Source: Anaerovoracaceae bacterium (GTDB taxonomy: Bacteria > Bacteroidota > Bacteroidia > Bacteroidales > UBA932). Taken from it: 64,000 bases of DNA. The stretch is taken from NCBI GenBank assembly GCA_963594055.1, contig CAVBDE010000001.1, forward strand, positions 10,729 to 74,728. The letters run 5' to 3'. A model generated the notes under the pieces. The model saw only the letters and a program-made list of their open reading frames with translations. It did no database searches and was not told where the DNA came from. Each line of letters starts with the position of its first letter. Position 1 is the first letter of the stretch. The position numbers and the translations under genes were made by a program. This document shows positions 46,187 to 56,128 of the stretch, in pieces.

Positions 46187-46983
46187 TGAGCTTTACACTC
46201 CAGATACTGGGCACGGCTTCGGCCATGCCCATTTCTGACAAGAATTCAAGCGCCCAAGTACTTAACGTACGAGGGCGTTTGTTCTTGATAGACTGCGGGG
46301 AAGGAACCCAGCAGCGTTTCAGACAGCTTCATCTCTCGTTTCTGAAGGTGGAGGCTGTCTTCATCAGCCATATTCACGGAGACCACATATTCGGCCTGTT
46401 CGGGCTGCTCTCCACCATGGCTATGTATAACCGCACCCAGACTCTGCACATATTCGGTCCGGAGTCCCTGCGCGGCATCATCCGCTTCTATCTGTCGTAT
46501 TTCGGCGAGGGAAGCAACTATGAGATCGAATTCCACGAGGTAAAGGCGACGGGTCTCGACCCGGTATGGACATCAAAGCACGTGCAGGTCAGCGCTTTCC
46601 CTCTCAAGCACAAGATAGATTGTTACGGCTACCGGTTCGACGAACTGCTTTCAGAGCGTGAACTCTCCAAACATCCGGCAGCCAGCTATGCGTACTGTTC
46701 CGACACCATGCCTTTCGACGAACTCCCTGAGTACGTGAAGGGCGTCGGCACGCTCTACCACGAGGCCACATATCCTGAAGCCTATGCCGACAAGGCCTCC
46801 AAATACTATCACAGCAGCACCCGTGACGCGGCCCTGTGTGCGCAGAAGGCCGGTGCGGGATGGCTCCTGATAGGGCATTATTCTTCCCGCGAGCGTGACC
46901 TTAAGGTGTACGAGAACGAGTGCCGGCAGATTTTCGGGAATTCCGTCGCCGCAAACGATTGCGATGTTTTCGAAATTGATTAA
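46186..46983 (+). CDS. rnz: ribonuclease Z (short form, MBL fold)
   Basis: LQILGTASAMP, LIDCGEGTQ and FISHIHGDHIFGL motifs. TAATG overlap with rpsA. Confidence 0.85.
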   Translation: MSFTLQILGTASAMPISDKNSSAQVLNVRGRLFLIDCGEGTQQRFRQLHLSFLKVEAVFISHIHGDHIFGLFGLLSTMAMYNRTQTLHIFGPESLRGIIRFYLSYFGEGSNYEIEFHEVKATGLDPVWTSKHVQVSAFPLKHKIDCYGYRFDELLSERELSKHPAASYAYCSDTMPFDELPEYVKGVGTLYHEATYPEAYADKASKYYHSSTRDAALCAQKAGAGWLLIGHYSSRERDLKVYENECRQIFGNSVAANDCDVFEID

Positions 46984-46992
46984 TTTAGCGAA

Positions 46993-47940
46993 ATGAAAAA
47001 GATACTGACTTGTCTGGTGGCGGTGTGCGCGATGGCCGCAGGGCTGATGGCGCAGACCGATCCGAAGGAAGACTATATAAAGAAATATGCGCCGGTGGCG
47101 GTGTCGGAGATGAAGCGCACGGGCGTGCCGGCTTCCATCACATTGGCCCAGGGCCTGCTCGAATCGGGGGCGGGTAAGTCCCGTCTGGCCACCCAGGCCA
47201 ACAACCACTTCGGCATCAAGTGCCATAAGAACTGGACAGGGAAGACCATCTCCCACGACGACGACGCGAAGGGGGAGTGCTTCCGTTCGTACGACAAGGC
47301 CGAGGAGTCCTTCCGCGACCATTCCGACTTCCTCCGCTACAACGACAGGTACAAGTTCCTCTTCGACTACGACCCTACCGACTACCGGAGCTGGTGCTTC
47401 GGCCTCAAGAAGGCCGGATATGCCACTGACCCCAAGTACGCGACCAAGCTCATCGACCTCGTGGAGACCTACAACCTTCACCGCTACGACAATGTCAAGG
47501 TCGAGGTCGTCTCTCCGGAGAAGCTCGAGCGCCCTGTGGTGGTGCCTGTCACGAAGCAGAACCCGCTCAAGTTCAACGAGGAATACACTTTCGAGGTGAA
47601 CCGTCCCGTCTATAAGGTGAACGGCGTGGATTTTGTGTATGCCAAGGCGGGTGACACCTACGCTTCGCTCGCAGGCCAATACAACCTCTACCTTAAGGAG
47701 ATACTGCGTTTCAACGACCTCACCGAAGAGCGCGACCTGACGCCGGGCGAGATGGTGTACATCCGCGCGAAGAAGAACCGCACCGCCAGAGGACTGGATA
47801 TGTACATAGTGAACGAGGACGGAGAAGACCTGCGCAGCATCTGCCAGCGGTTCGGTGTCAGAATGAAGAGCGTCGTCAGGCGCAACAGACTTAAAGACGG
47901 AGATACCCTGGCCAGGGACCAGGAGCTTAAGCTTCGATGA
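46993..47940 (+). CDS. peptidoglycan N-acetylglucosaminidase (GH73/FlgJ-like) with C-terminal LysM domains
   Basis: Signal peptide. GVPASITLAQGLLESGAGKSRLA...NNHFGIKC...YATDPKYATKL. Two LysM-like repeats (YKVNGVDF..., TPGEMVYI...). Confidence 0.85.
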   Translation: MKKILTCLVAVCAMAAGLMAQTDPKEDYIKKYAPVAVSEMKRTGVPASITLAQGLLESGAGKSRLATQANNHFGIKCHKNWTGKTISHDDDAKGECFRSYDKAEESFRDHSDFLRYNDRYKFLFDYDPTDYRSWCFGLKKAGYATDPKYATKLIDLVETYNLHRYDNVKVEVVSPEKLERPVVVPVTKQNPLKFNEEYTFEVNRPVYKVNGVDFVYAKAGDTYASLAGQYNLYLKEILRFNDLTEERDLTPGEMVYIRAKKNRTARGLDMYIVNEDGEDLRSICQRFGVRMKSVVRRNRLKDGDTLARDQELKLR

Positions 47941-48941
47941 AAAAGATCGTCAAATACTGCATCGCCGCCATAGCGTTCTTCCTGCTCCTGCAGGCGTGGG
48001 GCTATTACAGGGATGCCAGGATGCCCGCCTTCACGGCTCCTGCCGAGGTGCTGGTAACGGATACCACCACTGTGGACGGAGTCATATCGCAGATAAAGGC
48101 GACTTCGCACATAAAGTTCGAAAAGAGCCTGCGCAAGGTGTTCGAACGCAAGCGCGTTAAGGAATTCATCACCCCCGGATACTATAAGATAGAGCCGTCA
48201 TATTCTGCCGTGTATGTGGCCAGGATGCTTAACAACGCCTGGCAGTCCCCGGTGAAGGTCACTCTTTCGGGCTCGCTCAGGCTCAAGAGCGAGGTTGCGT
48301 CCAGGATAGGGAAGAAGATCCTGCTGGATTCCGCGACCATACATAACGCTTTGAACGATAAGAAGTTCCTCGAGAAGTACGGCTTCACGCCCCAGACGGT
48401 GTTCGCGCTCATAATTCCGGACACCTACGAGGTTTACTGGGACGCCACGCTGGACGACCTGTTCACCGTTTTCAGAAAGGAGTACGACAAATATTGGACT
48501 GACGAGCGCAAGGCCAGGGCCGCCGGCCTGGGTCTGACCCCTCTGGAGGTGAGCATAGTGGCTTCCATCGTAAGGTGCGAATCCAACTACACGCCCGAGT
48601 ACCGGGATCTGGCCGGGGTGTACCTGAACCGTCTCAGGAAGGGGATGAAGCTGCAGGCCTGCCCTACGGTGGCGTTCTGCTACGATTTCAAGCTCACCCG
48701 CATCCTCAACAGGCATCTGCAGGTGAAGTCGCCGTACAACACCTACACCCATGCGGGCCTTCCTCCCGGACCGATCTGCTGTCCCACCAGGGCGGCGCTC
48801 AACGCCGTGCTTGATGCCAATACGGCCTCGGGCTACCTGTTCTTCTGCGCTTCGACTTCCACGCCGGGGCAGCACCTGTTCGCCAAGACTTACAGGGAAC
48901 ATTCAAAGAATGCCAAGACATATCACAATGCCTTGAATTAA
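47937..48941 (+). CDS. mltG: endolytic murein transglycosylase MltG (YceG family)
   Basis: N-terminal TM helix, VASIVRCES, YLNRLRKGMKLQACPTV, YNTYTHAGLPPGPICCP. Confidence 0.9.
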   Translation: MKKIVKYCIAAIAFFLLLQAWGYYRDARMPAFTAPAEVLVTDTTTVDGVISQIKATSHIKFEKSLRKVFERKRVKEFITPGYYKIEPSYSAVYVARMLNNAWQSPVKVTLSGSLRLKSEVASRIGKKILLDSATIHNALNDKKFLEKYGFTPQTVFALIIPDTYEVYWDATLDDLFTVFRKEYDKYWTDERKARAAGLGLTPLEVSIVASIVRCESNYTPEYRDLAGVYLNRLRKGMKLQACPTVAFCYDFKLTRILNRHLQVKSPYNTYTHAGLPPGPICCPTRAALNAVLDANTASGYLFFCASTSTPGQHLFAKTYREHSKNAKTYHNALN

Positions 48942-48955
48942 AAACAATTGCGGGT

Positions 48956-51046
48956 ATGGAAAATCTGGTTGCAAGAGCGAGAGAAATCGCAGCTGAGGTT
49001 CTCAAGGACGAGGTCCGCAGCAATGGTGTCCCATTCATCACCCATCCGGACGGGGTGGCCGCCATCGTAAGGGATGAGATCGGTCTTCCCGACGAATGCA
49101 TAGCGGCGGTCTATCTTCACGAGGCTTCCCGCACGCATCCCGAAGTGGATATGTCGGAGTTTCCGGAAGAGGTGAGGGTTCTTGTGGACGGTCTCAACAA
49201 GATAAGCACCATCAAGCCTAAGGACACCCGCCTCGAGGCTGAGAACTACAAGAAGCTCATAGTCCAGTACAGCAAGGATCCTCGCGTGACGGTAATCAAG
49301 ATCGCCGACCGTCTGGAGGTTATGCGCAATCTCAGCATCTTTCCCAAGACTTCGCGCGAGCAGAAGCAGCTCGAGACCCAGATGCTCTACATTCCGCTGG
49401 CCCATCAGCTTGGTCTGTACAACATAAAGAGCGAACTGGAGGACATCTTCTTCAAGTTCGCCGAGCCGGAGCAGTACCGCGCCATCACGAACAAACTGGC
49501 AGCCACAGCCCCTGACCGCGAGAGGCTCAGGGTCGAGTTCATAGAGCCGCTAAAGGAAAAGCTTGACGCGGCGAACATCCGCTACAAGGTCAAGGTCCGC
49601 ACGAAGACCGCCTACAGCATCTACAGGAAGATGCAGGTGCAGAATGTGCCCTTCGAAGGGGTGTACGACGTGTTCGCGATGCGCTTCATCATAGACTGCG
49701 AGCCTGTGAGGGAGGTGGAGCACGACCTCTGCTGGAAGGTGTATTCGTATGTGACTGAGGAATATACGCCGGACGTGTCGAGACTTCGCGATTGGCTTAC
49801 CAACCCCAAGCCGAACGGCTATGAGAGTCTGCACATCACTGTCCGGAATGCGCGGGGCAATTACATAGAGGTGCAGATACGCTCGAAGCGTATGGACGAG
49901 ATCGCCGAGAGCGGATTGGCATCGCACTGGTCATACAAGGGCATCAAGGCGGAACGCACGCTGGATACCTGGCTGACGTCCGTCCGCTATGCGCTGGAGC
50001 ACAAGATGGTGAACGACCCGGACGAGATGCCGGTCGCTTCGTCGAAGGAGATATTCGTGTTCACCCCGTCCGGCGAGCTGAGGATACTTCCGGCAGGCGC
50101 CACGGTGCTGGATTTCGCGTTCAATATCCACAGCGGCATCGGTTGCAGGTGCAGCGGCGCGAAGATCGGAGGCAAGGCCGTGTCCATACGCGAGAAGCTG
50201 AAGACCGGAGACGTGGTGGAGATTCTTACCACCAAGACCCAGAAACCGTCTTCTGACTGGCTCAACTGGGTGGTTTCCGCCAAGGCCCGCAGCAAGATAC
50301 GCCAGGAGCTCGACGCCGAGGAGCGCAAGCTGGCCACGCAGGGAAGGGAGCTTCTCGAGCGGCGCCTGAAGAACTGGAAGATGGAGTTCACTGACGACCA
50401 GGTCACGGAATTCTGCAAGAAGTCCAGGTATTCGGGCCAGATTCAGATGTATGCAGCCATCGGTTCTGGGGAACTGGATGTCAATGAGATAAAGGAATAC
50501 ATACTGGAGGAGGCGAAGCGCCAGGAGGAGAGCGTGGCTGCGGCAGTGGCTCTCGAAAACGCGCGTCCGAGCGGTTACACCAGCACGGGAGACGACATTC
50601 TGGTGCTGAATGCCAAGGACGTCAAGGGTCTGCAGTACAAGATGTCCAAATGTTGCAACCCTGTCTTCGGAGACGATGTGTTCGGCTTCGTGACCCGCGG
50701 GGAGGGCATCAAGATCCACAGGATTTCCTGCCCGAACGCCTCGCGCCTGATAGAGAAATACCCTTACCGCATACAGAAGGTGAAGTGGCAGGAGACGCAG
50801 AGCAGCGGGGAGTTCCTCGTGTCCCTCGTGGTGAGCGCCACTCCGGAATCGTCCGTGATGCCGCTGATTATGGATGCGATAGGCAAGTTCAGGGCTTCGC
50901 TGCGTTCGCTTACCGTGAATGCCAATTCACGCACGGGAGAGGATGACATGCAGATCAAACTCCTCGTCCCTTCGAATTCCGAACTGGACAAGGTGATGTC
51001 AGCGCTTGGCAGAGTGAAGAATGTGACCAGAGTCAGAAGACTCTAG
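48956..51046 (+). CDS. relA: RelA/SpoT-homolog (p)ppGpp synthetase with degenerate hydrolase (HD) domain
   Basis: Synthetase motifs YESLHITV and EVQIRSKRMDEIAESGLASHWSYKG. TGS (VFTPSGELRILPAGATVLDFAF) and ACT-like C-terminus. The HD site reads LHEASRTH instead of LHDvvEDT. Confidence 0.88.
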   Translation: MENLVARAREIAAEVLKDEVRSNGVPFITHPDGVAAIVRDEIGLPDECIAAVYLHEASRTHPEVDMSEFPEEVRVLVDGLNKISTIKPKDTRLEAENYKKLIVQYSKDPRVTVIKIADRLEVMRNLSIFPKTSREQKQLETQMLYIPLAHQLGLYNIKSELEDIFFKFAEPEQYRAITNKLAATAPDRERLRVEFIEPLKEKLDAANIRYKVKVRTKTAYSIYRKMQVQNVPFEGVYDVFAMRFIIDCEPVREVEHDLCWKVYSYVTEEYTPDVSRLRDWLTNPKPNGYESLHITVRNARGNYIEVQIRSKRMDEIAESGLASHWSYKGIKAERTLDTWLTSVRYALEHKMVNDPDEMPVASSKEIFVFTPSGELRILPAGATVLDFAFNIHSGIGCRCSGAKIGGKAVSIREKLKTGDVVEILTTKTQKPSSDWLNWVVSAKARSKIRQELDAEERKLATQGRELLERRLKNWKMEFTDDQVTEFCKKSRYSGQIQMYAAIGSGELDVNEIKEYILEEAKRQEESVAAAVALENARPSGYTSTGDDILVLNAKDVKGLQYKMSKCCNPVFGDDVFGFVTRGEGIKIHRISCPNASRLIEKYPYRIQKVKWQETQSSGEFLVSLVVSATPESSVMPLIMDAIGKFRASLRSLTVNANSRTGEDDMQIKLLVPSNSELDKVMSALGRVKNVTRVRRL

Positions 51047-51576
51047 GCCTCGTCTATCTTGATTATGGTCTCGAGCTCCAGGTCCGCAGGGAATACGGGA
51101 AGTTTGGGACATCCCGTCAGCTCGATGATCGCGTTGAGCAGGATCTTCTTCGGATGAAAATGATTTATCAGCCTGCTTGCGGCGGCCATAGTGCCGCCTG
51201 TGGCGAGCAGGTCGTCGTGTATCAGAACCACGTCGTTCTCATCGATGCATCCGGTGTGGAGTTCGATCGTGTCCGTGCCGTATTCGAGCTCATAGGTCTC
51301 GGAGATCTTCTCGCCCGGGAGCTTGCCCTTCTTCCTGGCGGGGACGAATCCTGCGCCGAGCCTTTCCGCTATGACGCTTCCCATAATGAATCCGCGTGAC
51401 TCCAGCCCCACGACTTTGGTGATTCCTTTGTCCTTATACAGCTCGTAAAGTCTGTCGCTGAGATCCTTCAGACATTCGGGGTTCATGAAAAGTGTCGTAA
51501 CATCCTGGAAATGAATGCCCGGCTTTGGAAAATCCTCGATAACGCGGATGTTCGCCTTGAGTTGTTCGATGGTCAT
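51043..51576 (-). CDS. apt: adenine phosphoribosyltransferase
   Basis: IRVIEDFPKPGIHFQDVT and the PRPP motif VVLIHDLLATGGT (written VVLIHDDLLATGGT in the ORF). ATG 51576 was chosen. Its stop overlaps the relA stop in the palindrome CTAG. Confidence 0.93.
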   Translation of the reverse strand: MTIEQLKANIRVIEDFPKPGIHFQDVTTLFMNPECLKDLSDRLYELYKDKGITKVVGLESRGFIMGSVIAERLGAGFVPARKKGKLPGEKISETYELEYGTDTIELHTGCIDENDVVLIHDDLLATGGTMAAASRLINHFHPKKILLNAIIELTGCPKLPVFPADLELETIIKIDEA

Positions 51577-51622
51577 TTTACAGCAAAAAAAATAGCGTGC
51601 CCCATAATGGAAACACACTTTA

Positions 51623-51630
51623 CAAATATA
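51623..51630 (-). promoter_or_regulatory. -7 box TATATTTG (apt)
   Basis: TAnnTTTG match 46 nt upstream of ATG 51576. Confidence 0.4.
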
Positions 51631-51663
51631 GTCATTTGGTGGCTATTATAAAAGAATTTTGTG

Positions 51664-51671
51664 TATCTTTG
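51664..51671 (+). promoter_or_regulatory. -7 box TATCTTTG (lipoprotein gene 51729)
   Basis: TAnnTTTG match 57 nt upstream of the ATG. The leader contains the hairpin GGAAGCC-TTGC-GGCTTCC (51684-51701). Confidence 0.4.
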
Positions 51672-51728
51672 CGCCCGTTTTTAGGAAGCCTTGCGGCTTC
51701 CGGTTAGTAGAGTTATTATTTACAGATT

Positions 51729-52448
51729 ATGAAAAAGATTTTCTATCTCGCAGCTATGGCACTGTGCATCGGCGCCGTGGCTACTTCCTGCTCAAAGGAC
51801 AGCAAGAAATCAGATGACAGCAAAGCAACCATCGAGGATCTCGGAGGCGGAATCTACAAGGTAAACGGATACCGTTTCGTGGATCTCGGACTTCCAAGCG
51901 GCCTTCTCTGGGCTGAGTGCAATGTAGGCGCCTCTTCAGAGACCGAGCAGGGCACCATCGTGGCCTGGGGTGAGACCGAGACCAAGTCAAGCTTCACCGC
52001 TGACAACTACAAGTACGGCAAGGACGAGTCATCTTACACCAAATACGCCGAGAAGGACGGAAAGCAGACCCTCGAGGCTTCAGACGACCTCGCTACCGTA
52101 GCTCTCAAGGCTCCGTGCCGCACTCCGCTTCTCGCAGAGTACAAGGAGCTCTTCAACCAGGAGAACACCACTACCACCTGGACCACCAGAACCGCAGGTG
52201 ACAAGACCGTTTACGGCGTAGAGGTGAAGAGCAACAAGAACGGCAACTCCATCTTCTTCCCGGCTTTCAAGGAAGACACGAATCCATACGCTTCCTACTG
52301 GGCAGCGGACATCTATGCCACCGTTCCGTTCGACTATGATCTGGCCTCAAGCTTCAGCGTAGCCGAGCATTCAACCTGGAACGGTTGCGGCAGCCAGTGG
52401 CGTTATGACGGCAACGCAGTTCGTCCTGTAGCGTCAAACCTGAAATAA
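51729..52448 (+). CDS. exported lipoprotein of unknown function (FISUMP/DUF1566-like C-terminal region, tentative)
   Basis: Lipobox ATSCSKD. LWAECNVGA...AWGE and a terminal ...RYDGNAVRPV pattern reminiscent of Bacteroidales paralogous lipoprotein families. Has its own -7 box and terminator. Confidence 0.6.
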   Translation: MKKIFYLAAMALCIGAVATSCSKDSKKSDDSKATIEDLGGGIYKVNGYRFVDLGLPSGLLWAECNVGASSETEQGTIVAWGETETKSSFTADNYKYGKDESSYTKYAEKDGKQTLEASDDLATVALKAPCRTPLLAEYKELFNQENTTTTWTTRTAGDKTVYGVEVKSNKNGNSIFFPAFKEDTNPYASYWAADIYATVPFDYDLASSFSVAEHSTWNGCGSQWRYDGNAVRPVASNLK

Positions 52449-52470
52449 TCCATACGGTTATAAATTCAGA

Positions 52471-52495
52471 GCCGGTCGCAAGACCGGCTTTTTTT
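52471..52495 (+). terminator. intrinsic terminator of the lipoprotein gene
   Basis: GCCGGTC-GCAA-GACCGGC followed by T7. Confidence 0.8.
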
Positions 52496-52545
52496 GTGCC
52501 CCGGCACGGCCGGGCACAAAAAAGGTCGGCCCGACCGGGCCGACC
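52496..52545 (-). terminator. two further hairpins; the distal one is the pckA terminator
   Basis: GTGCCCCGG-CAC-GGCCGGGCAC (bulged), then A6, then GGTCGGCCC-GACC-GGGCCGACC (52524-52545). Read on the minus strand, the last hairpin is followed by TTTTTT. Confidence 0.7.
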
Positions 52546-52568
52546 TTCTGAATTATAGAGTCGAATGA

Positions 52569-54176
52569 TTATTCAACGGTAGGGCCTGCGGCTACCAGAG
52601 CCTTGCCGGCCTCGTTTCCTTCGTATTTCTTGAAGTTCTTGACGAAACGTCCTGCGAGGTCCTTGGCCTTGTTCTCCCAGTCAGCTACGTTGGCGTAGGT
52701 GTCGCGTGGGTCGAGGATGTGAGGATCTACTCCAGGGAGTTCGGTAGGAACGGTGAAGTTGAAGTGAGGGATGACCTTGGTAGGAGCCTTCTCGATAGAA
52801 CCGTCGAGGATGGCGTCGATGATACCGCGGGTGTCACGGATAGAGATACGCTTGCCTGTTCCGTTCCATCCTGTATTTACGAGGTATGCCTTCGCACCGC
52901 TCTTCTCCATCTTCTTAACGAGCTCCTCAGCGTACTTTGTAGGGTGAAGCTCGAGGAATGCCTGTCCGAAGCAAGCTGAGAATGTAGGAGTAGGCTCGGT
53001 GATACCGCGCTCTGTTCCTGCAAGCTTGGCTGTGAATCCTGAGAGGAAGTAGTACTTGGTCTGCTCAGGGGTGAGGACTGATACCGGAGGAAGAACTCCG
53101 AATGCATCTGCAGAAAGGAAGATGACCCTCTTCGCTGCAGGACCCTGTGAGTAAGGACGTACGATGTTGTTGATGTGATAGATAGGGTATGAAACGCGGG
53201 TGTTCTCGGTCACTGACTTGTCAGCGAAGTCGATCTTGCCCTTCTCGTCCACTGTCACGTTCTCGAGGAGAGCGTCGCGGCGGATGGCGTTGTAGATGTC
53301 AGGTTCAGACTCCTTGTCGAGGTTGATGACCTTCGCGTAGCAGCCGCCTTCGAGGTTGAATACGCCCTCGTCGTCCCAGCCGTGCTCGTCGTCGCCGATG
53401 AGGAGACGCTTAGGATCGGTAGAAAGGGTGGTCTTGCCGGTTCCTGAAAGTCCGAAGAAGATGGCTGTGTTCTCGCCGTTGAGATCGGTATTCGCAGAGC
53501 AGTGCATTGAAGCGATGCCCTTGAGTGGGAGGAAGTAGTTCTGCATAGAGAACATACCCTTCTTCATCTCGCCGCCGTACCAGGTGTTGAGGATTACCTG
53601 CTCCTTGCTGGTTACGTTGAATGCGACAGCGGTCTCTGAGTTCAGTCCGAGCTCCTTGTAGTTGTCCACCTTGGCCTTGGCTGCGCAGTAAACCACGAAG
53701 TCAGGCTCCTGGTCGAATTCGGCCTGGTTCTGAGGACGGATGAACATATTGGTAACGAAGTGAGCCTGCCATGCAACCTCCATAATGAAACGTACCTTCA
53801 TGCGGGTGTCCTTGTGGGTTCCGCAGAAGCCGTCGACTACGAAAAGGCGCTTGCCTGAAAGCTGCTTGAGAGCGAGTTTCTTGAGAACTGCCCAGTTCTC
53901 TTCGCTGAGAGGGTGGTTGTCGTTCTTGTACTCCTCAGAGGTCCACCATACGGTGTCCTTTGAGTTGGCGTCCATAACGATGTACTTGTCCTTAGGGCTG
54001 CGGCCTGTGTAGACACCTGTCATGACGTTGATGGCTCCGAGTTCGGTTACCTGTCCTTTCTCGTAGCCTTCAAGGCCCGGTTTGGTTTCTTCATTGTAAA
54101 GCACCTCATACGTAGGGTTGTAGAGGATCTCGGTCACACCTGTGATACCGTACTTTGAAAGATCAATGTTTGCCAT
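52569..54176 (-). CDS. pckA: phosphoenolpyruvate carboxykinase (ATP)
   Basis: [13 protein letters not shown] kinase-1a, [14 protein letters not shown]. 535 aa. Confidence 0.96.
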   Translation of the reverse strand: MANIDLSKYGITGVTEILYNPTYEVLYNEETKPGLEGYEKGQVTELGAINVMTGVYTGRSPKDKYIVMDANSKDTVWWTSEEYKNDNHPLSEENWAVLKKLALKQLSGKRLFVVDGFCGTHKDTRMKVRFIMEVAWQAHFVTNMFIRPQNQAEFDQEPDFVVYCAAKAKVDNYKELGLNSETAVAFNVTSKEQVILNTWYGGEMKKGMFSMQNYFLPLKGIASMHCSANTDLNGENTAIFFGLSGTGKTTLSTDPKRLLIGDDEHGWDDEGVFNLEGGCYAKVINLDKESEPDIYNAIRRDALLENVTVDEKGKIDFADKSVTENTRVSYPIYHINNIVRPYSQGPAAKRVIFLSADAFGVLPPVSVLTPEQTKYYFLSGFTAKLAGTERGITEPTPTFSACFGQAFLELHPTKYAEELVKKMEKSGAKAYLVNTGWNGTGKRISIRDTRGIIDAILDGSIEKAPTKVIPHFNFTVPTELPGVDPHILDPRDTYANVADWENKAKDLAGRFVKNFKKYEGNEAGKALVAAGPTVE

Positions 54177-54194
54177 ATTATTAAGTATAATTTG

Positions 54195-54202
54195 TATTTT
54201 TG
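54195..54202 (+). promoter_or_regulatory. -7 box TATTTTTG (recQ)
   Basis: TAnnTTTG match 60 nt upstream of ATG 54263. Confidence 0.35.
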
Positions 54203-54222
54203 CCGTATCTGAAAATGCGATG

Positions 54223-54230
54223 CAAAGATA
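54223..54230 (-). promoter_or_regulatory. -7 box TATCTTTG (pckA)
   Basis: TAnnTTTG match 46 nt upstream of ATG 54176. Confidence 0.4.
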
Positions 54231-54262
54231 AACATTTTTGGCAGATACGCAACTAACTATTT

Positions 54263-56128
54263 ATGGTTATTTCCGATGCAAAAGCTATGCCTCTGGGCAT
54301 ACTGAAAAAGTACTGGGGATATGACTCCTTCAGGCCCCTCCAGGAGCAGATTATCGGCTCAGTCCTGGCGGGTGAGGACACATTGGCCCTGCTCCCGACG
54401 GGCGGCGGCAAGTCGGTCTGTTTCCAGGTGCCGCAGATGCTTAAAGGTGGCCTGGCCCTGGTGGTGAGCCCGCTGGTGGCCCTGATGAAGGACCAGGTGC
54501 AGAATCTGCAGGCGCGCGGCATCAAGGGGATAGCCGTGCATTCCGGAATGAGCCACAGGGAGGTGGACCTCGCGCTGAACAACGCCGCATACGATCCGGA
54601 CTGCAAATTCCTGTACGTGTCGCCCGAGAGGCTCGGCACTTCGCTGTTCTCGTCCTATCTGGACGTGCTCCCCATAACCACGATAGTGGTGGACGAGGCG
54701 CACTGCATCTCCCAGTGGGGCTATGACTTCCGTCCGGATTATCTGCTCATCGGAAAGCTCCGCGACAGGGTGGAAGCGCCGGTATTGGCACTCACGGCCA
54801 CGGCTACGCCTTCGGTGTGCGACGACATAATGGAGAAGCTCCGGTTCCGCAGCAGGGTGCTGTTCAAGGCGGATTTCGAGCGCCCGAACATCAGCTATGT
54901 GGTCCGCGAGACCACGGACAAGGTGGGCCAGCTGCTGTCCGTCTGCCGTGCGGTGGAGGGGAGCGGCATCGTGTATATGCGCAACCGTGCCAAGTGCGAG
55001 GAGGTGGCCTCCTTCCTGAAGGGCGCTGGGATCAGCGCGGACTACTATCACGCCGGGCTCGCGTCTTCGACCAGAAGCCCGCGGCAGGAGGAGTGGAAGT
55101 CCTCGAAGACCCGCATAATAGTGTGTACCAATGCCTTCGGTATGGGCATAGACAAGCCGGACGTGCGTTTCGTGGTGCATATGGACATCCCGGATTCGCC
55201 AGAGGCCTACTTTCAGGAGGCGGGCCGTGCGGGAAGGGACGGGAAGCGGTCCTATGCCGTGCTGCTGTATAACGGAAGGGATCTGACCAGGCTCGACCAG
55301 CTGCTTTCGCTCTCCTTCCCTTCGCTTGAATTCATCGAGGACATATACCATAAGGTCCACATTTTCTATGAGGTGCCTTACGAGCACGGGGAGGGCCGTG
55401 AACTGAAATTCAGTCTGGAGGAGTTCTGCGCCAGGTTCGGCCTTCAGCGCGCCGGCGTGCATTACGCTCTGGAGTATCTCGACAGAGCGGGGCATTTCAT
55501 CTACAGCGAGGACGTGGACATCCCGACCAGGGTGAGGATAATTCCGGACAGGCAGTCCCTCTACGGGATAGAACTGCCGGACCCCCGCATGGTGTCCCTG
55601 CTGGAGGTGCTGATGCGGTGCTATACCGGAATATTCGCCTTCGCCGTGTCCATAGACGAGGAGGATGTGTCCCGCAGGCTGGGCCTGGACGTGCCTGCGC
55701 TCCGGAAACTCCTCTATGAGATGTCCCTGGAGCACGTCATCAAGTACATTCCGTGCGACAGGAGCACCCTTATCGGACTCCGACATTCGCGCCTGCGTCC
55801 GGGCAACCTTGACCTCAGGCCGGATTACTATAATCAGCTGAAGGCCAATGCCGAAGAGCGCGCTGCGAAGATGCGGGAGTACTGCCTTCAGACCGATGTA
55901 TGCCGCTCGCGGTACCTTATAGAGTATTTCGGCGGGGACAATGTGAAAGACTGCGGCAGTTGCGATGTATGCCGCAGCCGCCGCAGTCAGTCAAGGTCTT
56001 TTCTGAAGAATTGGCTCGCCGGACATCCGGACTGGACCCGGGATGAGCTTCAGGCTCTGTTCGCCGATCCGGCCAATTCGCTTTCCGCCTCCGATATGGA
56101 GACGTTCAGGGATCTACTGGATTCCTAA
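54263..56128 (+). CDS. recQ: RecQ-family ATP-dependent DNA helicase (no HRDC domain evident)
   Basis: YWGYDSFRPLQ, PTGGGKS, DEAHCISQWGYDFRPDY, FQEAGRAGRDG, Zn-binding CRSRYLIEYFG...CGSCDVC. Alternative start at ATG 54287. Confidence 0.9.
   Translation: MVISDAKAMPLGILKKYWGYDSFRPLQEQIIGSVLAGEDTLALLPTGGGKSVCFQVPQMLKGGLALVVSPLVALMKDQVQNLQARGIKGIAVHSGMSHREVDLALNNAAYDPDCKFLYVSPERLGTSLFSSYLDVLPITTIVVDEAHCISQWGYDFRPDYLLIGKLRDRVEAPVLALTATATPSVCDDIMEKLRFRSRVLFKADFERPNISYVVRETTDKVGQLLSVCRAVEGSGIVYMRNRAKCEEVASFLKGAGISADYYHAGLASSTRSPRQEEWKSSKTRIIVCTNAFGMGIDKPDVRFVVHMDIPDSPEAYFQEAGRAGRDGKRSYAVLLYNGRDLTRLDQLLSLSFPSLEFIEDIYHKVHIFYEVPYEHGEGRELKFSLEEFCARFGLQRAGVHYALEYLDRAGHFIYSEDVDIPTRVRIIPDRQSLYGIELPDPRMVSLLEVLMRCYTGIFAFAVSIDEEDVSRRLGLDVPALRKLLYEMSLEHVIKYIPCDRSTLIGLRHSRLRPGNLDLRPDYYNQLKANAEERAAKMREYCLQTDVCRSRYLIEYFGGDNVKDCGSCDVCRSRRSQSRSFLKNWLAGHPDWTRDELQALFADPANSLSASDMETFRDLLDS

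Noticed and set aside
6552-56128. Whether uvrA, dnaB, ssb, recQ and the nuclease together form a DNA-targeting defence island.
   Set aside because: They are dispersed over 50 kb among housekeeping genes. Each has complete canonical motifs and typical length. None is accompanied by the partner genes that define known defence systems.
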